Assembly: GCA_030390025.1 (NCBI GenBank)
Contig: CM059438.1
Coordinates: 59,708,001 to 59,772,000 of the forward strand
Length of the DNA: 64,000 bases
Reading direction: 5' to 3'
Source of the DNA: Squalus acanthias
Lineage: Eukaryota
The position numbers were made by a program, and so were the translations under genes. The notes beneath the pieces are model-generated. The model was given only the letters and a program-made list of their open reading frames with translations, was not told the origin of the DNA and ran no database searches. This document shows, in pieces, positions 1 to 12,000 of the stretch. Position 1 is the first letter of the stretch. The number at the start of each line of letters is the position of its first letter.

Positions 1-42
1 TTTACCCTCATCCTAGTGCAATCATTCCAACTAACAACACAG

Positions 43-450
43 TTAGACCACACCTGGAGTACTGTGAGCAGTTCAGGGCACCAAACCTTAGGAAGGATAT
101 ATTGGCCATGGAGGGAGGTTTACCAGAAAGATACCTGGAATCCAGGGGTTACATTACAAGGAGAGATTACACAAACTAGGGTTGTGTTCCCAGGAGTTTA
201 GAAGATTAACGGGTGATTTTATCGAAGTTTTCAAGATATTAAGGGGATAGGGCAGATAGAGAGAAATTATTTCTGCTGCTCGGGGAGTCTCGGACTTGGG
301 GACAGAGCCTAAAAATTAGAGCCAGACCTTTCAGGAGTGAAGTTAGGAAACACTTCTACACACAAAGGATGGTAACAGTTTGGAATCCTCTTCCACAAAC
401 GGGAGTTGATGCTGGAACAATTGTTAATTTTAAATATGAGATTAATAGAC
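43..450 (+). mobile_element. Degraded CR1 LINE ORF2 C-terminal fragment
   Basis: Broken translation gives RPHLEYC.QF..P.LRKDILA.E...Y.ERL.KLGL...FRSEVRKHFYTQR....WN.LP. This is homologous to the CR1 C-terminus in ORF 57376..57903 of this window. Confidence 0.8.
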
Positions 451-475
451 ACTAATTGGAGAGTAAAATATACCA

Positions 476-1660
476 ATACTGACTGGGTTAATACACATTG
501 AAACTGACTAAGTAATACACACAGATACTGACAGGGAAATACACACAGATACTGACTGGGGAATACACACAGATACTGCCTGGGGAATACACACAGATAC
601 TGACTGGGGAATACACACAGATACTGATTGGGGAATACACACAGATACTGACTGGGGAATACACACAGATACTGATTGGGGAATACACACAGATACTGAT
701 TGGGGAATACACACAGATACTGACTGGGGAATACACACAGACACTGACTGGGGAATACACACAGATACTGATTGGGGAATACACACAGATACTGATTGGG
801 GAATACACACAGATACTGACTGGGGAATACACACAGACACTGACTGGGGAATACACACAGACACTGACTGGGGAATACACACAGACACTGACTGGGGAAT
901 ACACACAGATACTGATTGGGGAATACACACAGATACTGATTGGGGAATACACACAGATACTGACTGGGGAATACACACAGACACTGACTGGGGAATACAC
1001 ACAGACACTGACTGGGTAATACACACAGATACTGATTGGGGAATACACACAGATACTGACTGGGGAATACACACAGATACTGATTGGGGAATACACACAG
1101 ATACTGACTGGGGAATACACACAGATACTGATTGGGGAATACACACAGATACTGATTGGGGAATACACACAGATACTGACTGGGGAATACACACAGACAC
1201 TGACTGGGGAATACACACAGATACTGATTGGGGAATACACACAGATACTGATTGGGGAATACACACAGATACTGACTGGGGAATACACACAGACACTGAC
1301 TGGGGAATACACACAGACACTGACTGGGGAATACACACAGACACTGACTGGGGAATACACACAGATACTGATTGGGGAATACACACAGATACTGATTGGG
1401 GAATACACACAGATACTGACTGGGGAATACACACAGACACTGACTGGGGAATACACACAGACACTGACTGGGGAATACACACAGATACTGATTGGGGAAT
1501 ACACACAGATACTGACTGGGGAATACTCAGAGATACTGACTGGGGAATACACACAGATACTGACTGGGGAATACACACAGATACTGACTGGGGAATACTC
1601 AGAGATACTGACTGGGGAATACTCAGAGATACTGACTGGGGAATACACACAGATACTGAC
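476..1660 (+). repeat. 24-bp satellite, left segment (~49 units) with a 456-bp higher-order duplication
   Basis: Tandem GACTGGGGAATACACACAGATACT with recurring GATTGGGG and GACACT variants; the first units (476-560) are degenerate. Confidence 0.97.
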
Positions 1661-1702
1661 AATAAGGATAAAACCGGACGGACCTCGGCACCGGCTACGG
1701 AC

Positions 1703-3100
1703 ATGACAATGGCACACCCAGCCCAGTCATGCAAAGTCCTCTTCACCTACTTCTGGGGACTTGTGCCAAAATTGGGAGAGCTGTCCCACAGACTAGTCAA
1801 GCAACAGCCTGACATAGTCATACTCACAGAATCATACCTTTTAGCCAATGTCCCCAACTCCTCCATCACCATCCCTGCGTATGTCCTGTCCCACCGGCAG
1901 GACAGACCCACCAGGGGTGGTGGCATAGTGGTATACAGTCGGGAAGGACTGGCCCTGGGAGTCCTCAACATTGACTCCAGACCCCATGAAGTCTCATGGC
2001 TTCAGGTCAAGCATGGGCAAGGAAACCTCCTGCTGATTACAACCTACTGCCCTCCCTCAGCTGGTGAATCAGTACTCCTCCATGTTGAACACCACTTGGA
2101 AGAAGCACTGAAAATAGCAAGGGCACAGAGTGTACTCTAGGTGGGGGGGGGCTTCAATGTCCATCACCAAGAGTGGCTCGGTAGCACAACTACTGACCGA
2201 GCTGGCCGAGTCCTGAAGGACATAACTGCCAATCTGGGCCTGCGACAGGTGGTGAGAGAACCAACACAAGGGAAAAACCGACTTGACCTCGTCCTCACCA
2301 ATCTACCTCTCGCAGATGCATCTGTCCATGACAGCATTGGTAGCAGTGACCACTGCACAGTCATTGTGGAGACAAAGTCCCATTTTCACACTGAGGACAC
2401 CCTCCCTTGTGTTGTGTGGCACTACCAGCGTGATAAATGGGATAGATTCAGAACAGATCTAGCAGCTCAAAACTGGGCATCCACGAGGCGCTGTGGGCCA
2501 TCAGCAGCAGCAGAATTGTATTCCACCACAATCTGTAACTTCATGGCCCGGCATATTCCTCACTCTACCATTACCATCAAGCCAGGGGTCCAACCCTGGT
2601 TCAATAAGAAGTGTAGAAGAGCATGCCAGGAGTAGCACCAGGCGTACCTAAAAATGGGGTGCCAACCTGGGGAAACTGCAACACTGGACTACATGCATGC
2701 TAAAAAACGGAAGCAGTATGCTTTTGACAGAACTTAGCAATCCCACAATCAACGGATCAGATCAAAGCTCTGCAGTCCTGCCACATCCAGTCGTGAATGA
2801 TGGTGGACCATTAAACAACTAATGGGAGGAGGAGGCTCCATGAATATCCCCATCCTCAATGATGGTGGAGCCCAGCACGTGAGTGCAAAAGACAAGACTG
2901 AAGCATTTGCAACCATCTTCAGCCACAAGTGCCGAGTGGATGATCCATATCAGCCTCCTCCTGAGCGCAATGGATAAAGCAAAGGCTGTGGGCCCCAACA
3001 ACACCCCGGCTGTTGTGCTGAAGACTTGTGCTCCAGAATTAGCCGCGCCTCTAGTCAAGCTGTTCCAGTGCAGCTACAACACTGGCAGCTATCCGGCAAC
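1703..3100 (+). pseudogene. LINE A ORF2, endonuclease and linker portion (stops and frameshifts)
   Basis: ORFs 1703..2140 and 2141..2635 are contiguous APE pieces split by a TAG. The KAVGP..P.VVLKTCAPELAAPL.KLF motif immediately precedes the RT domain. Confidence 0.88.
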
Positions 3101-3374
3101 GCAGTCTGCACAGAGCGGGATTAAAACGGAGTGCACTTAAACAGAGTGTTTTATTTGGGAATTTGGAAAGAGTGGGAATTTGGAGAAGAGGGTGAAGGAG
3201 TTGTTGCTTTTTGTGTACATTAATTGTAGTGCATTGTGTTACAGGTAGATATTTAATTTCAGTACCCATAACTTAATCTAGATCAAGTAAGTAGTCAAGA
3301 AACTACACTGTAAACTAAGTTACCTAATTACAAATGTAATTAAATTTAATTAAATAAAACAAGGTCATATAGGG

Positions 3375-4280
3375 ATGGCAGTGCAGGTGGTGTGCCGCAA
3401 CTGCAGCATGTGGGGGTTTGTGGAGAGCATTGTGATCCCGGACAACCACGTTTGCAGTAAGTGCCTGCATCTTGAGGAAATTCAGCTCAGAGTTTTTGAG
3501 CTGGAGTCTGAGGTACAGACATTGTGGGGCATCAGGGATGGGGAGAGTTACCTGGACACTTTGATCCAGGAGACCTTAGGTTAGGTAATGATACAGGTCT
3601 GGATAGTGGTCAGGCACAGGAGGGTGGGACTGCAACTCAGGCAGGTTAGGGAACTCCAGGTGCAGCGCTGGAGGGGCTTCAGGCTTTGCCCTTGTCCAAC
3701 AGGCATAAGGCTCTTGCTCCCTGTGTGGATGAGGGAAAAGCCTGCAGGATGGATGAGCAAGCTGACCATGGCACCATGGTGCCGGAGGCCATTCAAGTGC
3801 AGGGAGTGAAAGGGAATGTAGTTGTGGTAGGGGACAGTATATTCAGGGGGATAGCTACTGTTCTCTGCAACCGCGACCGAGAGTATCGAAGGTTCTGTTG
3901 CCTGCTCGGTGCCAGGGTTAAAGACATCTCCTCGCGGCTGGAGGAGAACTTGGAGTGGGAGGGGTAGGATCCAGTTGTCGTGGTCCACTTAGGAACCAAA
4001 GACATAGGTAGAACTAGGAATGAGGTTCTGCTGAGGGAGCTTGAGGAGCTAGGATCCAAATTAAAAAGCAGATCCTCAAAGGTAATAATCTCTGGAATGT
4101 TACCTGAGCCACGTGCAAATTGGCATAGGGACAAACAGATTAGAGGTTTAAATGTGTGGCTCAAAGAGTGGTGTGGGAGGAAGGGGTTTCAGTCCATGGG
4201 GCACTGGCACCAGTATTGGGCTGGGACAAGTGTCCTGGTGAACTGAACAACTAGGGCAGTAGACAGGGCTTTAAACTAAT
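3375..4280 (+). pseudogene. CR1 ORF1: CxxC...CxxC zinc finger/leucine zipper plus SGNH esterase domain, frameshifted
   Basis: MAVQVVCRNCSMW...CSKCLHLEEIQLRVFELESEV; VVVVGDSIFRG (GDS block); LGARVKDI; VHLGTKDIG; KVIISGMLP. An esterase-bearing ORF1 is an established trait of CR1-clade elements. Confidence 0.85.
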
Positions 4281-4469
4281 GAAGGGGGGGGGGGAGGATT
4301 CAGAAAAGAGTAAATTTAAAAGCAGCGAGAGAAATGTCAAGGCTCTAGAGCAGAGTATCGTTTCTGGTAAAAATAAGCAGACTGGGTCAGAAAGGGACAG
4401 AGAGAGTAAGAAAGGTAATAAGACACCAGTGACTAAGGTGACATCAGGGGAAAAATAGAAATAAGTCAA

Positions 4470-7400
4470 AGCTAAAGGCTTACTACGCGAAGCATTCGCA
4501 AAAAAATAGATGAATTAATAGTGCAGATAGAAATTAATAGGTTTGATCTAATAGCCATGATGAAGACATGGTTGCAATGTGGCCAAGGTTGGGAACAAAA
4601 TATTTTAGGATTTAGAAGAGATCGGCAAAATGGAAAAGGAGGAGTAGTAGCCCTGATAATAAAGGATGGGATAAAGACAGTAGAGAGAAAAGATCTAAGC
4701 TCCAAAAATCAAGAAGTAGAATCAGTTTGGGTGGAGCTAAGAAACAGCAAGTGGCAGAAAACATTGGTGGAAGTTGTTTATAGGCCCCCAAACAGTAGTT
4801 GTAATGTAGGGCAGAGTATAAATCAGGAAATTAGAGCCGCATGTAACAAGGGTAATACAGTAATCATGGGGGACTTTAATCAACATATAGACTGGGCAAA
4901 CCAAATTTGCAGTAATAGTGTGGAGGACGAATTCATGGAATGAATGCAAGATAGTTTTCTAGATCAGTATGTTGAGGAACCAACTAGGGAAAGGTTAATT
5001 AATAACCTTGTAGTAAAGGGGCCTTTAGGGATAATATGATATAATTTTATATTGAGTTTGAAAGTGATTTAGTTAAATCCAAAACTAGGGTCTTAAATCT
5101 AAACAAAGCAAACTACGTAGGTATGTAAGGGGTGGTAATGGGGTCAGCCTTCGCTTTCTGACTCAGTGAGCGGTTCGAATCGCTCCCACACCCCTCTGGT
5201 TCCTAGACTTTGGACTTATTTAGGGGTTGTGAACAAAATTGCAGTAGACGACAGGTTCTGATGAAAGAATGTTACTTTATTAAAAGAAGAAGGTAACAAA
5301 CTTGAAACACACTTATTACTTAAACACAGGTTGGGGAACACACGGTACAGGCGAGGGAGAATGACAATATACCAAACAAAACCTTATCCCTCCCAAAGAT
5401 CCCACTATCTAGCTAGGTTTTTGGTTTCAGGAGATCAGGGATAATGCTCACCAACAAATCCTTGACAGGATTTTAGAGTCTTTTGTTTAAAAGATTTCAT
5501 AAGGCCCTTGTTGCTGCAAGGTGTCCGATGGTCACTGAGGCAGTCGCTCTGGTTTCTTCTTGCGTGCTGGTCTGTTTTCTGACCTTCCTCCTCGTGGCTT
5601 GTGGTGGTTTTTGCTGGAGCAGGGAGAGAGCTGTGCCAGCGTAGTCAGCGAGTCCGAAAGAGAGAGAAGTTATGGGACAGGCTTTCAATTATACTGTTTC
5701 TTTTTCGCGCCCAAAAAACCCCTTACTAAAACGGATTCCTTTAGGTTGCAAATGAACCTTGCTTAGTCCATTGTCTAGTTTTGGCAGGCTTGCCAGTTCC
5801 GATGGCTTTAGCTCAGTGTTAAACATGTCTTGATCGTTTTCCGATTTAAACACAGCCTTATCTACGCGCCAAATCTCAACCCTATTGTCCTAGGTCTTTT
5901 GGCGGGTTTTTAAATCTGTTCTGTGGATACCTGGTTGATTGGTTTTTGATGAAGTACTAAATGTTTTATTGATTTCAGGCTTCTGGTATCCTGTTTGGGC
6001 CTGGGAATTTCAAAAGGGAGTCTTGGATTATTCATATTTCGATGTGTGTGTGAGTTTTTGCTTTGTCTCTTCCACCTTGGTAGGATTTGCAGTGTAAACA
6101 ATTCCCAGACAGCTTGATTGGGCCCCCATACCCAAATCTGTTCACTGCCTGGCCACGCCCCTCCGCAGCTTGTCTTGTGTCTGTGAAAGGTGTCTCTCCC
6201 AACAGTAAGATTCAAAAGTCAGTTTCCTCAGGGTTTTTCTTCCCTGATCTTTCCAAAACTGAGGTTTTTATATTAAATCACTTCACTTAGGTCCCATCAT
6301 CCCAAGTTTGTATGAAAGGTCCAAAAATCACTCCCTTTAGAGCTCTGTTCGAGGTTCTGGGGGATTTTGCGAAGCCTACAGTATGAGGGGAAAGTTGGCG
6401 AAGGTAGATTGGGAAACTACATTCAAAGGTATGACAGTAGACAAGCAATGGCTAGAATTTAAAGAATTAATACATAATTTATGCAAATATACATTCCATT
6501 AAGGCACAAAAACCCCACAGGCAAAGTGGTGCAACCGTGGCTAACAAGAGAAGTTAAAGATAGTATTAGATCAAAGGAAGAGGCTTATAATGTTTCCAAA
6601 AAGAGTAGTAAGCCTGAGGATTGGGAGGATTTTAGAATCAACAAAGGAGGACCAAGAAATTGATAAAGAAAGGGAAAATAGAATATGAGAGTAAAATAGT
6701 GAGAGACATAAAAACAGACTGTAAAAGCTTCTATAGGTATGTAAAAAGGAAAAGATTAGCCAAAGTAAATGTGGGTTCCTTACAAGCTGAGACAGGAGAA
6801 ATTATAATGGGGAATAACGAAATGGCAGAGAAATTAAACAAATACTTTGTGTCTGTCTTCATGGAAGAAGACGCAAAAACTTCGCGGAAATAGTGGAGAA
6901 CCAAGGGTCTAGCGAGAATGAGGAACTGAAATAAATTAGCATTAGTAAAAAAATTGTACTGGAGAATTTAATGGGACTGAAAGCTGATAAATCCCCTGGA
7001 CCTGATGGCCTACATCCTAGGGTTTGAAAGAGGTGGCTATCAAGATAGTGGATGCATTGGTTGTCATTTTCAAAAATTCCATAGATTCTAGCGCGGTTCC
7101 CGCAGATTGGAAGGTAGCAAATGTAACCCCACTATTTAAGAAAGGAGGGAGAGAGAAAACGGGGAACTGCAGACTAGTTAGCCTGACATCAGTAGTAGGG
7201 AAAATGCTAGAATCTATTATTAAGGACGTGGTAACAGGGCACTTAGAAAATAATAATAGGATTGGGCAGAGTCAACATGGATTTCTGAAAAGGAAATCGT
7301 GTTTGACGAATCTGTTTAGAGTTTTTTGAGGTTGCAACTTGCAGAATAGATAAGGGGGAATCAGTGGATGTGGCATATTTGGATTTTCAGAAGGCATTCG

Positions 7401-7490
7401 ATAAGGTGCCACACAAGAGGTTATTAAACAAAATTAGGGCTCATGGGATTGGGGGTAATATACTACCATGGATTGAGGATTGGTTAATGG
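4470..7490 (+). pseudogene. CR1 B ORF2 (APE + N-terminal RT), disrupted, with an internal ~0.95 kb deletion of the RT C-terminus
   Basis: ORFs 4521..4943, 6481..6893 and 7024..7329. After WIEDWL (~7490) the sequence jumps straight to the ORF2 end/3'UTR when compared with the copy at 57279-58999. Confidence 0.85.
5124..6380 (-). mobile_element. Solo-LTR-like insertion (~1.26 kb) in CR1 B ORF2
   Basis: Termini are TGTA...TACA. A short direct repeat GTA(TG) lies at 5121 and 6381. Removing the insert restores a continuous CR1 sequence (tacgtaggtatgagggg). There is a minus-strand AATAAA at 5276-5281 and no coding homology. Confidence 0.7.
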
Positions 7491-7607
7491 AGAGATAATG
7501 CAAGAAAGTGGAGTTGAGGCAGAAGATCAGCCATGATCTTTTGAATGGTGGAGCAGGCTCGAGGGGCCAAATGGTGTACTCCTGCTCCTAATTCTTATGT
7601 TCATATG

Positions 7608-8957
7608 AAAACTGCCCAAGTATCTACTGTCCACAAAAACCAGGACAAATCGAATCCGGCCAATTATCGGCCCATCAGTCCACTCTCAATCATCGGCAAA
7701 GTGATGGAAGGTGCCGTCGACAATGCTATCAAGCAGCACTTACTCAGGTTCCGCCAAGACCACTCGGCTCCAGACCTCATTACAGCCTTGGTCCAAACAT
7801 GGATAAAAGAGCTGAATTCCAGAGGTGAGGTGAGACTGACTGCTCTTGACATCAAGGCAGCATTTGACCGAGTGTGGCATCAAGCAGCCCTAGTAAAACT
7901 GAAGTCAATGGGAATCGAGGGGGAAACTCTCCACTGGCTGGAGTCATACCTAGCACAAAGGAAGATGGTTGTGGTGGTTGGAGTTCACTCATCACAGCCC
8001 CAGGACATCGCTGCAGGAGTTCCTCAGGGCAGTGTCCGAGGCCCAACCATCTTCAGCAGCTTCATCAATGACCTTCCCTCCATCATAAGGTCCGAAGTGG
8101 GGATGTTCGCTGATGACTGCATAGTGTTCACTGCCATTTGCAACTCCTCAGATAATGAAGCAGTCCATGCCCGCATAAAGCAAGACCTAAATGACATTCA
8201 GGCTTTGGCTGATAAGTGACAGGGAACATTCGCGCCACAGAAGTGCTAGGCAATGACTATCTCCAACAAGCGAGCGTCTAACCACCGCCATTTGACATTC
8301 AACAGCATTACCATCGTCGAATCACCCACCATCAACATCCTGGGGGTCACCATTGACCAGAAACTTAACTGGACCAGCCACATAAATACTGTGGCAACAA
8401 GAGGTCAGAGGCTAGGTATTCTGCGGCGAGTGTTTCACCTCCTGATTCCCCAAAGCCTTTCCACCATCGACAAGGCACAAGTAAGGAGTGTGATGGAATA
8501 CTCTCCAATTGCCTGGATGAGTGCAGCTCCAACAACATTCAAGAAGCTCGACACCATCCAGGACAAAGCAGCCCGCTTGATTGGCACTCCATCCACCACC
8601 TTAAACATTCACACCCTGCACCACCGGCGCACCATAGCTGCAGTGTGTACCATCTACAAGATGCATTGCAGCAACTCGCCAAGGCTTCTTTGGCAGCCCC
8701 TCCCAAACCCGCGACCTCTTCCACCGAGAAGGACAAAGGCAGCAGGCACATGGGAACACCACCACCTCCAAGTTCCCCTCCAAGTCACACACCATCCTAA
8801 CTTGGAAGTATATCGCCGATCCTTCATCGTCGCCGGGTCAAAATCCTGGAACTCCTCCCTGACAGCACTGTGGGAGTACCTTCACCACATGGAATGCAGC
8901 GGTTCAAGATGGCAGCTCACCACCACATTCTCAAGGTCAATTAGAGTTAGACAATAA
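7608..8957 (+). pseudogene. LINE A ORF2 reverse transcriptase and C-terminal domain (stops/frameshifts)
   Basis: ORFs 7545..8219 and 8253..8957: NPANYRPIS, GVPQGS, FADD, ILGVTIDQKLNW..HI, VRSVMEYSP.AW. Confidence 0.9.
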
Positions 8958-9007
8958 ATGGTTGTGTTGCAAGCAACGCCTAAATCTCATGAACGAATAA
9001 AAAAAAC

Positions 9008-12000
9008 TACTGACTGGAGAATACATACAGATACTGACTGGATAACACACACAGATACTGACCGGGTAATACACACAGATAATGACTGGGGAATACACAG
9101 AGATACTGATGGGGGAATACACACAGATACTGACTGGGGAATGCACACAGATACTGACTGGGGAATAAACACAGATACTGACTGAGTAATACACGCAGAT
9201 ACTGACTGGGGAATAAACACAGATACTGACTGGGGAATAAACACAGATACTGACTGGGTAATACACACAGATACTGACTGGGTATAAACGCAGATACTGA
9301 CTGGAGAATACACGCAGATACTGACTGGGTATAAACACAGATACTGACTGGGTAATACACACAAATACTGACTGCGGAATACACACAGATACTGACTGGG
9401 GAATAAACACAGATACTGACTGCGGAATACACACAGATACTGACTGGGGAATACACACAGATACTGACTGGGGAATACACACAGATACTGACTGGGGAAT
9501 ACACACAGATACTGACTGGGGAATACACACAGATACTGACTGGGGAATACACACAGATACTGACTGGGGAATACACACAGATACTGACTGGGGAATACAC
9601 ACAGATACTGACTGGGGAATACACACAGATACTGACTGGGGAATACACACAGATACTGACTGGGGAATACACACAGATACTGACTGGGGAATACACACAG
9701 ATACTGACTGGGGAATACACACAGATACTGACTGGGGAATACACACAGATACTGACTGGGGAATACACACAGATACTGACTGGGGAATACACACAGATAC
9801 TGACTGGGGAATACACACAGATACTGACTGGGGAATACACACAGATACTGACTGGGGAATACACACAGATACTGACTGGGGAATACACACAGATACTGAC
9901 TGGGTATAAAGACAGATACTGACTGGGGAATACACACAGATACTGACTGGGGAATACACACAGATACTGACTGGGGAATACACACAGATACTGACTGGGG
10001 AATACACACAGATACTGACTGGGGAATACACACAGATACTGACTGGGGAATACACACAGATACTGACTGGGGAATACACACAGATACTGACTGGGGAATA
10101 CACACAGATACTGACTGGGGAATACACACAGATACTGACTGGGGAATACACACAGATACTGACTGGGGAATACACACAGATACTGACTGGGAATACACAC
10201 AGATACTGACTGGGGAATACACACAGATACTGACTGGGGAATACACACAGATACTGACTGGGGAATACACACAGATACTGACTGGGGAATACACACAGAT
10301 ACTGACTGGGGAATACACACAGATACTGACTGGGGAATACACACAGATACTGACTGGGGAATACACACAGATACTGACTGGGGAATACACACAGATACTG
10401 ACTGGGGAATACACACAGATACTGACTGGGGAATACACACAGATACTGACTGGGGAATACACACAGATACTGACTGGGGAATACACACAGATACTGACTG
10501 GGGAATACACACAGATACTGACTGGGGAATACACACAGATACTGACTGGGGAATACACACAGATACTGACTGGGGAATACACACAGATACTGACTGGGGA
10601 ATACACACAGATACTGACTGGGGAATACACACAGATACTGACTGGGGAATACACACAGATACTGACTGGGGAATACACACAGATACTGACTGGGGAATAC
10701 ACACAGATACTGACTGGGGAATACACACAGATACTGACTGGGGAATACACACAGATACTGACTGGGGAATACACACAGATACTGACTGGGGAATACACAC
10801 AGATACTGACTGGGGAATACACACAGATACTGACTGGGGAATACACACAGATACTGACTGGGGAATACACACAGATACTGACTGGGGAATACACACAGAT
10901 ACTGACTGGGGAATACACACAGATACTGACTGGGGAATACACACAGATACTGACTGGGGAATACACACAGATACTGACTGGGGAATACACACAGATACTG
11001 ACTGGGGAATACACACAGATACTGACTGGGGAATACACACAGATACTGACTGGGGAATACACACAGATACTGACTGGGGAATACACACAGATACTGACTG
11101 GGGAATACACACAGATACTGACTGGGGAATACACACAGATACTGACTGGGGAATACACACAGATACTGACTGGGGAATACACACAGATACTGACTGGGGA
11201 ATACACACAGATACTGACTGGGGAATACACACAGATACTGACTGGGGAATACACACAGATACTGACTGGGGAATACACACAGATACTGACTGGGGAATAC
11301 ACACAGATACTGACTGGGGAATACACACAGATACTGACTGGGGAATACACACAGATACTGACTGGGGAATACACACAGATACTGACTGGGGAATACACAC
11401 AGATACTGACTGGGGAATACACACAGATACTGACTGGGGAATACACACAGATACTGACTGGGGAATACACACAGATACTGACTGGGGAATACACACAGAT
11501 ACTGACTGGGGAATACACACAGATACTGACTGGGGAATACACACAGATACTGACTGGGGAATACACACAGATACTGACTGGGGAATACACACAGATACTG
11601 ACTGGGGAATACACACAGATACTGACTGGGGAATACACACAGATACTGACTGGGGAATACACACAGATACTGACTGGGGAATACACACAGATACTGACTG
11701 GGGAATACACACAGATACTGACTGGGGAATACACACAGATACTGACTGGGGAATACACACAGATACTGACTGGGGAATACACACAGATACTGACTGGGGA
11801 ATACACACAGATACTGACTGGGGAATACACACAGATACTGACTGGGGAATACACACAGATACTGACTGGGGAATACACACAGATACTGACTGGGGAATAC
11901 ACACAGATACTGACTGGGGAATACACACAGATACTGACTGGGGAATACACACAGATACTGACTGGGGAATACACACAGATACTGACTGGGGAATACACAC

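Larger units (their letters stand above)
3101..7607 (+). mobile_element. CR1 LINE B: near full-length (5'UTR, ORF1, ORF2, 3'UTR tail), decayed, nested in LINE A
   Basis: ORF1 zinc-finger and esterase pieces, APE (YRPPNS, IMGDFN), RT start (KSPGPDG.HP, QHGF.K.KSCLTNL, DFQKAFDKVPH), and the 3' tail cctgctcctaattcttatgttcatatg. LINE A reading stops at ...YPAT (3100) and resumes at KTAQV (~7608). Confidence 0.9.
1661..9007 (+). mobile_element. LINE A: 5'-truncated CR1/L2-group non-LTR retrotransposon (APE + RT), decayed and interrupted by the insertion at ~3101-7607
   Basis: APE motifs PDIVILTES, RQDR..RGGG, GGFNVH, LDLVLTN and SDH (1703-2400). RT motifs NYRPISPLS, LDIKAAFDRV, GVPQGSV.GP and FADD (7608-8219). 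3' tail ...catgaacgaataaaaaaaa. Flanked by TACTGAC at 1654-1660 and 9008-9014. Confidence 0.92.

Noticed and set aside
7545..8219. Single 224-aa ORF as an independent gene
   Set aside because: It is a chance fusion of the CR1 B 3'UTR/tail with the resumed LINE A RT frame.
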